A stretch of 64,000 nt of DNA, from positions 186,001-250,000 of the forward strand of contig NMRA01000105.1 in assembly GCA_002633005.1 (NCBI GenBank), in the 5' to 3' direction. Under the pieces are notes generated by a model. The model was given only the letters and a program-made list of their open reading frames with translations, searched no databases and was not told where the DNA came from. Both the position numbers and the translations under genes were made by a program. Within the stretch, counting starts at the first letter, position 1. Every line of letters starts with the position of its first letter. Below, piece after piece: positions 1 to 14,600 of the stretch. The stretch is from Phoronis australis (Eukaryota > Animalia > Phoronida).

Positions 1-1129
1 AAAAACATTGGCCATTTAAAACAGAATTTAGTTGAAAGCACGAAACATTCCATTCACTGGATAAAGCTGATTACTTCATGATACAGAACAATGAGAAGGA
101 TTCCAAACAATTTCGATTAAGATTTGCCCACGGCCATGTCGCCTTTGATAACGTGAGTGATGTCTTCTCTGGTCGCAGCCAGTACTCTCACAGCCATAGT
201 AAACAGAAATTCCTACATTCCCACATCCAAAAATCATCTCACTTCTCTTGTGGAGGTAGAAAAAATGCACTTGAGTTGCTGACCTAGGTTTCACCTCCAA
301 GCCAGAGTTGTGACATTAACGTTCTCGCTCAGCTTTTAAAAATTTTTTCCACTATGCAACAACAAAACTTTATTCCCTTCAGAATGAAAAAATTCCGAGA
401 ACTAATTTTTGTGTAAAACATGGATTACTATGACGGCAGGGTTAAACTGTGAGGCAAGTGTGAAGCATTGTGGGTAAATACACCAGAATCAGAGAGGGCC
501 CTGCTGTATATTGCAGGAAGCAGATGTTGAAAGGTTGGTCACACGCATTGCGTGGGAGGACGAACATTGTCCAACTAAACGGACACAGCTGTTGTTGCAT
601 GCTGCATCCCATGCAAATTGAATTGATGATGCACTTTCACAAAACAATGATACCAGGTCACATGGAATCCATGACCTCAGCTGCCACCTTGTATTATGGG
701 AGGGAATTTAGCACTCCACTGTAGGTGGTTTTAGGGTACACTTTCACTGATACGAAAAGAACTGGGTTGCCTACAATTAGGCTACAAGTATCCTGCAAAT
801 GGCGAGATCATAAAAGTCTCCACGTATGAACAAACCAAGCGACTGATCTCACTAGTTTTCACCGAGTTGTGCCAACAGTTCCTGTAACTTCCAAATACAG
901 AAATACAATGAGCGTCATCTCAAGTGGCAGCTTTCATGTGGAAGGCAGATGTGCTAGAGAAATTGAAAGCGAAGATTAATTAATGTGTAACGAACAAACA
1001 GAGCTTCATGCAATCTGATCAAAAACAATACTGTGAAGGTCATCCAAAGGTCGTCCACACGATTGATATGGAAAAGGGCATCTGCTGTGAATCTCAGGGA
1101 ATTGGAATAATATTACAGATCAATTATAA

Positions 1130-1178
1130 GGGTGAGAAAATAAGAGGGTGAGAAAATAAGAGGGTGAGAAAATAAGAG
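1130..1178. repeat. 16-bp tandem repeat x3
   Basis: (AGGGTGAGAAAATAAG)3. Confidence 0.9.
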
Positions 1179-4100
1179 TTGGATCTGTGTGGAGGTACCA
1201 ATGTCATTTTTGTGGCTCTCATATGTGGACATGTGTAAAGCAAAATGCGACTGAAAGATCATGTCGCCACCTGTTGGTGCATACTTAAGGTTGGCAAAAT
1301 GCCCAGACCTGTCAACAACATCCTACATAATCTTCGTACGTCACACCTCTTGACTAGTTGAAAAAAATTGTTTTCACTTTTACATTTAAAATGCTGCCAC
1401 TTCCTACGTGAGGTAAAAATGCAACAAGAAGTCATTGATTCCACAAAACTGGTCACGCATTTATTTACACAAAACATGTCACATTACTTCAACCCACCCA
1501 CTACTGTTCAGCGAAGTAGAGAACACTCCCTTGTCAACTGTACCAGATCATGTTAAAAGTAATTGATCATCAGACTCCATATTGATTTAAACTCCAGTGA
1601 CAGTTCAGCCCTTAAATAAGTTTGACAACTTATCCAAGGCAAACAGTGGGCAGTTTACGTCACGACACAATTTAAATTTAATGCGGCAGTGGTTCATTTT
1701 TCCCGGAAAGAATAACGACATTGTTTTTTTTCTATTTTAAAAGGATGACTGCCTTGCTTCAAATGTTCAAATTTGATAAGTTTCGTTTCATAGCAAAAAA
1801 ATTCCAATTGCCCACAATACAGTCAGCTAAGTACCACGCAGGTGAAGAATTTCAGTAATCACTGCAAACAACTGTCACACTGACACAAAGTTAACCTTGA
1901 TTCTGAGAACCAATTCCCTCTGAGCCGAGTCTAAACAAAAGTGACTGCTTACAAAAAGTATGCCAACAATTCTTTTGTTATAGAGTTTATAACAATACAA
2001 AGGAACTGCCATAGATATTTGTTTACAAACAAAAATTTGTGGTAACAAGGTCAACAAAGAACAGAGAGGCTGGTCACAAAGTGGCTGGCAATAACAGACA
2101 CAAGTGATTGTAACCAGTGGTGAAGTGGTGACAGATGGAACACAGAGTACCAGGCTCTATGACCATGAATTTTGGAAACACCTGATAAGGCAACAAAAAC
2201 AATGGCGCAAAAGTTGGCAAAAGATTGTGTATAGTTCCTTATAATGTCAAACAAATAGTGTTTCACGTACATTTCTATTACTATTTCAATAAACTTTTGA
2301 GCAAAAATCAAAACCCTGTAACCTATAAAACATCAAAAAATTATTATATTTGTTGGAAAAAAAACGGCTCCAGAACCTCTTTTATTTTAGTCAAGATATT
2401 GAAGATTGGGTAACGTGGCGCATGGAAATGCGTTCGTGACTGCAACACAAACGGTATGCTTTTAGAATCATTAGATGGCACAGAATGCCGGGTGTCAAAT
2501 CGTCCAAAAATGAAGTGGGAAGGAATCGTCATCTCTAGTACAATTTTTATGAAACTCTGTCAAAGAACTCCACATATACAGAGGCAAATGTGAAAAAAAC
2601 TGCCATTAGGAGGCATAGTGGCAGCCGAAGTCATCCATCTGTTGTTAAATTATTGGGACTAGTTGAAGTACACTAGCAAAATTTCCAAACAATCTTGCGA
2701 GGGGTTTAGGAAATACAGCCCCACATTCAAAAGATCAAAAAAAATCCCATTAGGGGCACAAAAGAAGTTGGACATATCTGAAAATCCATGTCAGGTTTGC
2801 TCTTGTCAGTAGGAATTTTCATAGTAATCCTTTGAGCGGTTTGCCAGATAGAGGTAGATGACAAAACACAGATTCAAAATTAAGAAAATGGCCTCTGTGT
2901 ATGTAAGTGGCACAAAATATGTGGAATCCATCACAAAATGGAAAGGTGCTGTGTTCTTTATTATCAGCACTTGTGAATAAAGTGGAAAAACAAAATTTCA
3001 GTAGTCCGCAAAATTATGATATTGTGTCCTAAATTGGTGAGATTTTAGACCGTAACTTAATTACCTTAAGGATTACCATAGTAACAAACTGTGTCAGGCT
3101 TACAAACAACACTTCGTGAAAATTAAAACAAAATTTATCTATCAATTGTCATATCTAGAAAAAAATTGCTAAACTCGAAACAATTAGCCAAATTTTAGGC
3201 CTTAAAATGATTTTTCTTGATAAAGAAACATTTTGATGAAAAAAACAGGCCTTGATTATCTTTGTCAGAGGGGTGCCTGTGTAAGACCATGTTCAAGATG
3301 AATATTTACTATTCTGTAAACAATACGAACCTGTAACCAAGGGCAACGAGGAGAAGTGTCTACCAAACAGCAGACAAAAAGATTCAGAATTTGTGAAGAA
3401 AATAGAATTTATGAATTTTGATGAGAGAAGAAAGTCTTCAATAATAGGATTTTGCAAAATGTTCAGCATAGAAGACAGCAAAATCTAAACTGTTTTGGTT
3501 CAAATTATGAAAAACTGGGTGATAGGTCTCTATCCCGTGGTGCAGCAGACGACCTCTATAAAAGTACGACCATAAATTGAGAGCAGGTAAAAAGGTAGAG
3601 CCTGAAAAAGTATAAATTGCTTTGAACTTGCCCCGGCAAATGGCGTTTTAATTGGTCATTATGTGTAGCCTAGTTTATGCAGACATATAGAACACAGATA
3701 CCCAGAACTATCTATCAGACTGATATGAGATGGCAGATGTCAACTAATGCCCCATTTATACAGTTCAGCAAAGTAGAGGTATAACAGACAACAGAAGAAG
3801 TATTAACTTTGACACAAGTTTAGTAGACAATGGTAATGATCAATTGTACAAAAACAGGTGGTCTTTCTTTTCAAAATAAACACAGGGGCCAGAAAAAATC
3901 TGTTTGGAGATTATTGCTGTGTAGGATAGACTTCTTTAAGTTATTAGCTTTGACCAGCACTGTAAAATTAGAACATCAATGATATGCACAATTTCTGTAA
4001 GTTAGATGTAAACCCAGTGATTTTGTTGTATGGAATTATTATATTTGTCTGACTGAGACCAGAACTGTAAAACAGCATAATCTGTTATCATTGAGATTTT

Positions 4101-5272
4101 ATTAAAAAACACCAATTAACGATTAAGGGCTTATAGGAATGTGGTTGAATTAACTGAAATCGACGTCGGTAAACTTGTCAGTACCCTGCCTACTTTTAGC
4201 TCTCCTAGCACAGCGTCAAACTATTACTGCCGAAGTCGTGGCATGGAACCCATCCTGGTGCTAATCTCGTGTACACAACATGATCAGCAATAATTTCACT
4301 TTGAAGGGAAATTTTAACAATGACAAAAGTTTTGTAAACATTTTTAAAAATCAATTTCGACAGCAACAATTGGTAACAGCCACCTGAAGATAGCCCGCAT
4401 TTGAGAACCAGTTGTCTATATTTAATAACTAGCATCAAACTGGTTCCTCAAACCCAAGACCTCTATAAGTGACTATTGCCAGCATAAACAAAAAAGCAGG
4501 GTACATAATTCTTTTCAAAATTTTTTACACATTGCTTCATGCATACACTAATGCACAACTAGAACAGTAGGCCACCAGATTTTCAAACATGTAGACCACT
4601 ACATAGAAATGGTTTCAGGCAAGCAAAAATCTTTTTCTCAAAGTTTTTAGGGCAATTAGTATAATTTTGAAATAGATAAAAGAATGTGACAAATACAACT
4701 GCTCCAAATGATAGTGTATTTTCAAAATAAACCCTTTTCTAAAATGAAAAATAAAAAACTATGACTTTTTTTAAATTGGGAAAAATTCTCTACTTTTTAG
4801 TCTTTGGTAATTGACATTAATTAACATTAAAGATGATAGTGCTGTTTCCTGTCCCCTTTTAAATGGAAACCCTTGCTGACACTTCTAACAATTAAAGGGT
4901 AGATGACAGATATCCACTATATCTATTTTCTTTTCTGAAACCAGTTAATGATGGATCACAGACACTGGCAGAGTGCACTAGAAATAAACAGAACACAACA
5001 GGGCTATTATGACCAGAGTGAACCTTATAAACAGTTTCTAACAGTTTCTCACAAAAAGAGTCAAACAACAGGCTGTGTTGGCTTATAAATATTTTATAAA
5101 TACTTAAACATTTAAACAACTCCCATGCATGAACCAGTGATGCACTCCTTATGGACAAACAGTGGAAATCAACAGGCGATAGGGAAGTACAGTAGTTTAG
5201 GCATGTTATTGATACCTTTGTTCAACTGCATTAATGCATCTTTCTTTTTGGGTCAACTTTACTAAAAAGACT

Positions 5273-5580
5273 TGGTCATGTAACCCAATTACTGACAGAT
5301 TGGTATAAAGTTAAAAATCAAAATCTACAGGTTTTGACAAAATTTTACAACAAGCATGGTCACAGGACCCAATTAATGAGATTCTTATAAAGTTAAGAAT
5401 CCAAATCTGCAGGTTTCGGCAAAATTTTGCTAATAAGACATGGTCACGTAACTCAATTAATGATAGATTCTCATAAAGTTAAAGATCAAAATCTACAGGT
5501 TTTGGCTAAATCTTAATAAATAGACACAATCACGTGATTCAGTTAATCATAGATTGGTATCAAGTCAAAAATCAGAATTA
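5273..5580. repeat. Degenerate ~80-bp tandem repeat x4
   Basis: Recurring GGTCAyGTAACyCAATTAATGA..GATT..TATAAAGTTAA..ATCAAAATCTACAGGTTT. Confidence 0.75.
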
Positions 5581-7812
5581 ATAGTTTTGTCGCTATTTAG
5601 GTGCAAATACACGCTCATGAGCGTCCAACAACAAAACCACATTACCATAGTGACCATCTGATACGGCTTCATAAGCTAATTTATAAAATATACTAGATTA
5701 AAGTTTCTGATTTATAAAAATTCAAGTTTTGAAAATCAATTTTTCATGATAAGTTACAAACTACAATGAGTAGAAACTTGTGAAGGGAACTCACAAAATC
5801 AAGATTTTGGTTCTTCTAAATTAATAGCAGACTATAGCTACATGTAGCAAAGACATGTAGGCCTTTCACATAAGGAACTTAGAACCCTGGACTAACATTC
5901 TATCTCGACCACAAGAATTTTAGACCCAATGCAAGAGGTGATTTAGACCAGTCTAAATTTTCATACGGTGCTTAGTTAGTATGCTCAAAAACACCATACT
6001 TGCAAGCGTACCAAAATTGGTCTGATTACGTAAGCGCGATGTGAAAGGTTTGGTCTACAGTATTTTGCTCGAGCATCCTAAATTATCTCCCCGTTTGAAA
6101 GGCGAGTGCGGAATTCTTCCCGCCATTTCGAGCACTCTCAACGTTGTAACGCTTTTACTGTCAACTCACTGTTCGCTGTACAATTTTAAACTCAAACCAA
6201 ACTACTGGGAGAGTAGCTATAGTCTACAAATTAAATACTGTATTCCGCACTTCACTGGCCAATGTCAAAGCACTTAATACAACTGACCCCACCAGAGCTG
6301 ATAAGTGAACAAGAAGAGTTCAAGTAACATGTTTGGCAGGAGTATTGGATTCCATGACCCAGATCAATTATCTAATTGGTCTAGCAATTAACAAGGCTGA
6401 ACGATAAGCCAGTCAGTTTGACACGCCCGCTCTGCGCATTTACACCATCTTAATAGACTAATTGCATCTTTTCAACAATGATTTGTGTAACAGAAAGAAG
6501 GAATTTCATACATACACCAGCACCTTAAGTTATGCTGAGAATTTATTTAAAAAATACAAGTAGAAAGAAAACTTGTAATTTTTTTAAACTGCTGTTATCC
6601 AAGGACTGTTTTGACGAGAAGGTTGCGCCTTTTTAATTTTAGCAGTTCACTTCGCAACTTGATTGAATTCTCTCGCAGTCTTAAAATTTGTTAGCCACCT
6701 AATGATTGCAACATTAATATCCCATAATAGTGCAAAACCAGCTCTTACTTGCACTACACTACATTAAAATTAGCACAAATATTAAGATTTCATCAAAAGT
6801 ACAGGAAATGAACACTTTGATTTCCTCGATTTTCTACGGAAGTGGATCACCCTGTGTCAGTGAAGCGGGCCACTGCTAAAATAGATATCGGAAATACCAG
6901 TCTTCTCCATCAGAAACACCAAGTGGGGATTTTCCAAGCCTCAGATTTCCCCTCGGAGGTAAACATTTTTGGGATACCCATAAGTCATTCCTCACAGACA
7001 GTATATTACAGGACCACAGGCTAACAATAACCAAAAAGAATGGTTCTGGCAGTTAATATCATTTACTGTCAATTATATTTTCTGTAACAAAAATTTAAAA
7101 ATGACATAAATGCAGTAAAAACTGGTGCAATTTTGTCTCTAGCTCAGTTGAGACACTTAAGCTATTTTTCTTAAGGATATGATTTTAATTCTCAAGTGTA
7201 CTTGTATAAAATTCAAGCAGTGGCACGGGATCCGGTTTGACTTTGTTGGTCACCGTTATAAACCTTAAAGCACTGTCTTGAGTTGTTCATGGTTTTGACG
7301 TTCTTGTTGGCTAATAAAATCAAAAATCATATCGTGGTAGAATATCATGAAACCGATTTTATGAGAGTAAAAGCCTAGTTCAAATTTCGTTTTTAAACCA
7401 CTAAAAAAGGCAATCAGCAGCATTAAACACAGCATCAGTCAAGCCTAGCATACTGCAGTAAGACGTTTAACTTCCTTCAACCAACTCTTTGATAACTGAA
7501 TCAGAGCACAACAAAGTTTGCTTAAAAACAATCAAGGCCTTCAGAAGGACAAGTGGTCTGGCCCAGACCTCAAAGGTTAATAACCATTGGGGTGAGGCTC
7601 TCATTCATTAGTTATTTACACAACTGAGTGTCTTTGTTTAACAGAGGTTAATTCAAGAGGCTATTGTGTCTGTTCAGACACAAGAAGGGTAATAAAACAG
7701 AATGTCAATAAATACTTAATCAGTTTGTGTTTGTGGCTGGCTTGACTTGGCCCACTACCTGGTATGAACGAGCAGAGAGCTGCTGTTAATGCCAAGATGG
7801 AGTAAGGTGCAT

Positions 7813-8066
7813 TCATTCATGGTAGCCTGATGCCATGCAGACAGTACCACTGTTTCATTCATGGTAGCTTGATGCCATGTAGACAATACCACCATCTCAT
7901 TCATGGTAGCCTGATGCCACCTAGACAGTACCACCATCTCATTCATGGTAGCCTGATGCCATGTAGAAAGTACCACTGTCTCATTCATGGTAGCCTGATG
8001 CCATGTAGACAGTACCAGCGTCTCATTCATGGTAGCCTGATGCCATGTAGATAGTACCACCGTCTC
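7813..8066. repeat. 42-bp minisatellite x6
   Basis: Unit TCATTCATGGTAGCCTGATGCCATGTAGACAGTACCACCATC. Confidence 0.95.
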
Positions 8067-9076
8067 AACGGGTAGTAGAGACGGTGGAACTCCCACAATC
8101 CCTCCACATGGCGATTTGGGCAACTGAATAAAGGATTGTTCGGAAAAAAAATTGATTAACGGAGTACTTGATCGAGTTTGGAAGAATTAAAGACATCAAA
8201 GTCCTCCTAAGGTCTCCCTCTCATGCACAAAAGGCATTTAAAGCAACAGGATGTTTTAATCAGTGTGTGGCGTTATTCACCGACAAGTTTCAAGCCGGAG
8301 GGCCTGTGAGATGGCCACCATCTCTATTGTCAGTTAATACAGTGGTTCTGTCGAGATGCTATGACGAAATAAGAATAGCATTTTCCCAAAACAAACCTCC
8401 CTATAATATTGCAGTTATGAGAAACCTTCAATGTTGTGTCCACACAAAACAGACATTCTACAATTGCTTGCTCTGTGTGGAAACAATCTTCTAATGTTGT
8501 TCTCCCACAGAACAGACAACCTGTATTGTAGAATGTCCAGAACGTATGTACATCCATCATTGGTCCTTAAACCTAGACATGTAATGTGCTAGCCCAAGCA
8601 TCTTGTTACCTGATAGGTAGCACTTATAACTTGAACCAACTGCACTTGAAAATTCCGACAATGTTCCGATACGCTACCGCCAATGCACGAACCAAAATGA
8701 ACAAAAATGCTCTAGATAAGTTGAGTCGGAATTTGATGTTGAAGCATCACATTAGGTGTCCCAGATCTGGTATCATGGTGTCCATTAGTACATCTCTAGA
8801 CAATTCCCTGGACATACGGTAGTGCCATCAGACAATCATGGATGTTTGGGGTTACGTGACTAATACAGTCAGCAATGGTGGCCTAGTTGTAGTGTGCAAC
8901 TTTTACAGGGATCTCGTTCCACAAGTCCTCCATTTTGACATTAGGTCTTGACCTAAATATTTTCGAGGACCTTCATGAAATTTAGTCAATGCTGACGGCA
9001 CATAACAGTATGGGAGTCAACTATTGCCCGTGGAAACTATGTTGTTCAATATTCATGACCTCAAAAACCAACTTAC

Positions 9077-9221
9077 CATCTTGATGACCACATGACTGTC
9101 CCTGATGCCTGCTGATGTGTCTGTATATTTTATGTCTTTTATTGTGAACAGTTTGAATGTGAGTGTCTTCGTGGTGCGGCTCAATCAGGAAGTTTCCACC
9201 AGAGTAGAACAGTCTGCCTCT
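9077..9221 (-). CDS. ADAMTS-family metalloprotease, exon 3 (end of prodomain, cysteine-switch-like CG)
   Basis: Not in the ORF track. Acceptor TTTTATTCTAG, then RGRLFYSGGNFLIEPHHEDTHIQTVHNKRHKIYRHISRHQGQSCGHQD(G), donor G|GTAAGT. The phase 0 start continues LCDGM|RG...FLIEP...HxIYR...CG as in ADAMTS prodomains. No later exon found in 1-9076. Confidence 0.85.
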
Positions 9222-9246
9222 CTAGAATAAAATGACACAAGATTAA

Positions 9247-9493
9247 AAGGATGCTAAGCCCTGTTTTGATGAGCAAATCAATCCTAGTTCTCTCACCTGC
9301 TAATGCATCATTGGCATAAATGGAGGACTCAACTAAAAACTTATACTCCGCATGTCATAGATTGGACATTATGGTCCAACTGGTGGGTACCGTAGTCTTT
9401 TCCCACAGTTGCTGTATAATTCGCTAAAAGCGTACGACACGCTTCCCCATTTAGCGAACTTGTTGATAGGTCAAAACCAGGTTTGATATCCTT
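9247..9493 (+). mobile_element. TTAA-flanked MITE (Kolobok-like), copy 1
   Basis: TTAA|AAGGATGCTAAGCCCTG...CAGGTTTGATATCCTT|TTAA. The internal CACCTGCTAATGCATCATTGGCA is shared with copies 2 and 3. Confidence 0.75.
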
Positions 9494-11451
9494 TTAACGA
9501 TTAATAGCAAAAGACTATATTTCAGAAGTTCCAAATGCTGAACCCGACTTTGGCAAATGAGATAGTAAAATAGAAAATAAACAAAATTTTTCACAAAGAT
9601 TGTGATAAAGAATCATGATCTTTGACTACACGTACAAAAAAGCTCCAAAGCTACGTATCCTTGCATTCTTTAACCATAATCCCAGAAAAAAATTAATTGG
9701 TGTCCCCAGAAAAGGTATGGTTGCAAGGCTGCATAATTTTTATCAAAGTTGATTTTGCGGATTAAAAAAATTGTGAAAACTTGTAAAATCTTGTCTACCT
9801 TATATTCACGTATTTCGGCTCATGTGCCTATGTCCAAAATAATGTTTTTCAAAATTTTTTTTTACTCAAGTGTTCCACACCTAAGCACATGTTTTGGATA
9901 TGGGTGTCCCTTGTACAGGGACACACCTAGCTGTGGAAACAGATTTGCATTGTTTTCTACAAAAAATGCAAAATAAATCTTGTCAGTATGAAACATTTAT
10001 ATGCGTTTTTAAGAGTTTGACGATGCATTTCCTAGATGATAACTCAGAAAAGATCATGGTCTGTTAGTGTTCACTAGTGACGTTTTTACCTAACTGGTAG
10101 GAATTACAGTCCACAGACCATATCAGTACCTAACTTGCTACTTGATCTTGACAGTCTTCATATTCATAAATGGATAAATCAAGTAAATGGTTACACCAAC
10201 CAAACCCCTGTGTGATGTTGAAACCGAATCAAAGGAATGTAGGATTTACTTAAACTGTCTAATTAACCTTCACAGTAAAACCTGTGAGAATGCCAACAGT
10301 TCGGAGCTGAAACAGGAACTACGTTATTAAAATTAAGTTGCAAATTAAACGCATGTAAGTGCAGTATATTGAGCCAGATTATGATGGACACCTACGTGCA
10401 GTTCTGCACTACATTCCACCAGCTATGAATAATAACAAATAATAAATGAGCTGAGCTTGTATCAGCATTATCAACATTATCAGTGTCACGCATGGCTTTG
10501 CTCAAATCGTTAGTGAAAAGGTAAAGGTGCCAAATTATGAATATTGGTGCAGCTTTGAATCTAGGGCAGGGAAATCCCCCATAGAAGTTCCTTTTTAAAA
10601 CGATGTCCCAAATCTTCATTTTTTGAAAGCCGAGATCATTGTTGTGCATGAAAATCGAAAACCTTGGACACAGTTCCCTAGGTCATAGACCGAAACACCA
10701 GTGTACAAAATTTCATACGAATTAACTCGCGCATAACAAATCGCACCTAAATGTTTTCAATACGGATTTGTCATATCAATGAGATCAACAGAAGTGTTCC
10801 CAAACAAATTATATATTTCGACCATAAATGATGTTTACAGAAATGTTATGCAATGGAAAATACAGGATCTCATACAATTTTAGTAATTACTGTAACTTAA
10901 TATGTTAAAATAGGTCATAAGTTTATTTTGTCTGAAACACTATACTTCCAAGGATATCTAAGAACGTTAACCCATTAAAGTCAAAACAAAACTTTTGCCT
11001 CTAACATAATTATGCAATTGTGGTATGCGCTGACAAAGAGGAATTTCAAAAAAGCATGTTCAGCATCACCCCATATACATCAACTGATAGTCCTGGCCTT
11101 ACATTGACACTGGTGTAATATTTTGCTATGACAGCCCTGTCAAAATAATGGTATTAGTCTAACAAAGACTCCAGTCAAAAATCAACTATGTGTATGATAA
11201 CCATTTCTGTATGACGGACATATTTTGTTATAAGGTTGAAAAGGGGATGAGTTTGGAGCGGTCTACATACTGTTCAAGACGAAGATGACGGTAGTTTTAA
11301 CAAACAGTTCACACATGTAGATCCATGCTTTTGAAAAGCAATGACGCGGGCAAAGTTGTGTTTCCCTAAGTAACTACCACAATTCTTTCTAAAACAATAG
11401 TTTACTGTGGGTCCAAAGCAAAGACAAACATTTTCATAGAAATGTATAGCT

Positions 11452-11688
11452 AAGCGAGAGCAGAACTGAGAGTATGGTCAAGTGAGAGCAGAACTGAGAG
11501 TAGGCAAGCAAGAGCAGAACTGAGAGTAGGCAAGCAAGAGCAGAACTGAGAGTAGGCAAGCAAGAGCAGAACTGAGTAGTCAAGTGAGAGCAGAACTGAG
11601 AGTATAGTCAAGCAAAAGCAGAAGTGAGAGTATGGTCAAGCGAGAGTAGAACTCGGAGTATAGTCAAGTGAGAGCATATATTGAGCAT
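11452..11688. repeat. ~27-30-bp minisatellite x8
   Basis: Unit like CAAGCAAGAGCAGAACTGAGAGTAGG with length variants. Confidence 0.9.
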
Positions 11689-14600
11689 ATCCCTTAAAAG
11701 AAGAAAGGCAAAACGCCAAATGAATGAGATGACTCAGTGAGTCATTACAAAAGGAACAGAAATAAAACAGAAAATTTTCTGAAATTTTTACTATCTATTT
11801 GTACATAGCGCTAATGGCCATTAACATGTCAAAGTGACAATTTCTAAACACTTCTAAGACAAAATGATATTTTTCACGGAAGAAATTCATACTGGCAACT
11901 GTCAAAATGGAACTTAATACCAACCACTGTTATGTAACTGTGGTATATTGGTATATCATGAAGACAAAGACAGATTTAGTGACCATGACTAAATAGGATC
12001 AGTGATTAAGAGGTTGATAGTTGAAGTGACCAGAACTGTCAGCCAGTCGGAAGTTGACCATCATGCAGAGGTCAGTGTACTTACAAGTGGTGGTCACTTG
12101 CTGACCATATGTTGGCTGTATTCCTGTTATTAGGTATGGTATCAAATACAGCCATGTTTCCTCCATTGGACAAAATAGTGCAGCTTTACCAACCTTTACC
12201 AGTGAAACTGATTTTGGCTTTAAACCACTTGGTGGTAATCTCAGCGAGCATTCAACTCTTTAGTGTTATGAAAGCACATAAATACATTCTGCTGGACCCA
12301 ATTTACTGTTCTGGTAGTCAAAACCGACTGAGTTAATGAACACAAAAAGCATTTTGTTTCATTTGCATAAATTTATAGCCATTGGAAAATTTCACGTGAA
12401 TGCGTTGACCATCCCACCATACAACAATACTGATATGACAGCAGGGTGATAGCAAGGAGCTTAAAAAATTTTGTGAAATTCCACTGCTTTAAAATGTCCA
12501 TTACTGCCACTTAATGGCAAAATTACATGTCACTGCAACATTGAAAAATGGCTATTGCTCCTCACTCAGAGTTTAGAAGTATGCAACAGGAATATACTCA
12601 GGAAATGTTAAAGAACAGTAAAATCTCACCAGTTTATGAAGTCACATGGTATACAAGTGAAATTTCCTTCCCAATTTTTGAATAAAAGATTGCCATCACC
12701 AAAACAATCCTTTTGCTATGTTCAAGACCTATACCACAGCCACCATCACTTTTGAAAAAAAATGTGGGCACTGCCAACAATGTTGGAAGCCAGGGAATGC
12801 AGAAAACTGAGTAATTTTGCAATTATTCTACTCCGAAATGAGTAAGATTTTACCTTATAAATCACCAGCAGATTTTTAGTAGTTCCAAGTTTTACTGCCA
12901 CACAACCACTATCTACCTCAAAAATAAAACGTAACGCGAATATGAACCCGTATTCCATACAAGAAGCAAACTTTTGATATAGGCCACTTCCCTTTAAAGA
13001 GTTAGGCTTATATCTTCATCATATGAGAAGTGATTCCTAGGTTTGCAAAGAACTGTTTATTACTGGTTCATACCATGCGTAAAAAATCACACGCCATGAC
13101 AAGACAAAATAAAGAGCCGCATCCCAAGCAATAACAAATTATTAGTTCTTTTGAAACCCCAAAATCATCCCCAGTTAGACTAAGAAATAACTGGAGACCA
13201 ATCTCATAACAATAAGGGGTCAAAAGCAAATATTGTTTTTTTGTGACAGAAGGTGTGTTTATCGCCGCTCGACGTTTAAGAAAATTCACATCCTCGCTGT
13301 TGGAGCATCAATATTTTCCTAGACACAAAGCAAAAAATTTCTTGTAGCTTTTTCTCCGCCTTCAGTACAAATTCCTCGAGTCTGCTGCATTGGTCGTAAC
13401 TATAATCGGGATGTAGCTGACATTTTCACAGATAACCCAACACACTTTCCAAACAGTCATCATGCCAGACAAAAACACTGACAGATTCCGGAACTAAAGC
13501 ATCAATTTTCAGACTCCGCCAATTGCATAACAGGTGACTGGGTTAAAAAATCATGAAGGAAGGTAGACACCTACTGGGAAATGGTACACACGTGTCTTTA
13601 CTCACAGGAGGTATGCAGAATATAGCCCTAATGTAATAAGTCACAGCCACAGTTAAGTAAGATGTCGACAACCTATGTCTGGGCTTACAATCACGGTTCT
13701 ATAACAAACTGGTTCAGGGCAACTGATATAGTTTGAACAAACTAAAGAAAATAGTTCAGTACAAAGTGTGGCTCTTGTAGAGTTACTGTACATTTTTAGA
13801 ACATTTGGTTTTAAACAACCAACACATTTGTTATAAGATAAAAATGAAGTGGCACTTTTGCTCAAACTCCGCCATGACGCAAACCTGACCACTGCCCAGT
13901 GGGAATCTTTCTCATGCAGGCTCCCCACATCCAGAGCTATTGCCTCGCTAAAAGGTTGTACAACAGATTTTTTTTAAAAACTCTAAAACTGATAACAGAT
14001 TATGACTGCAAAAAATAGAATGAAGATTGTTAATAGCAGGGTGCTCAATATCGTTCAGGACCTTCGACTCAAGAGTTACACTACAGTTACATGGAATCTT
14101 TAACAACTGTTGTCAACTGAGCTGCCTTCCATAGAGCCAATTACTCCCTCAGCAATCGTGGCAAGAAATCTTCGGTTATTGATTGGAAACAGTTAATCCC
14201 ATCCCACAGCTCAACATTCCAGCCTTACCAACCAATCACTTCAATGGCTGCCATTTCACCCGAGTATGCTAGCAAAGGCCTAAGCATGCCTGTGAAACTC
14301 TGGACTTTCTTGGGTCATCTTGCTTTTAGGCGAGATTCTTGCACCTACGAAACGCTTCCCTGATGGTTCACAGAGTATAGGTGTTGTTTTTCCTGTAGAC
14401 CAGGTGGTACAGGAAGATAGCTTTCACACCAAAGTTGATATGTCGGTCAGTGTGAAAGGTTAACATGGGTCTTGGACCAAAACTAAAATTGCAAATTAAC
14501 TACGACGTATATAGCTGGATCAAACAGCGGAGAGTCGACTCTGCGACGAGATGCTAAAGGTTAATTTTGGTGTAAGCAGAGTTACAGGCAGGTGTCGTTG

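Noticed and set aside
7755-8123. Repetitive ORFs (TVVLSTWHQATMNE)n
   Set aside because: Translation of a 42-bp minisatellite, open on both strands, with no splice or homology support.
1-9076. Further ADAMTS exons (furin site, catalytic domain)
   Set aside because: No phase-1 exon with ADAMTS motifs was found by eye. A short divergent exon could have been missed.
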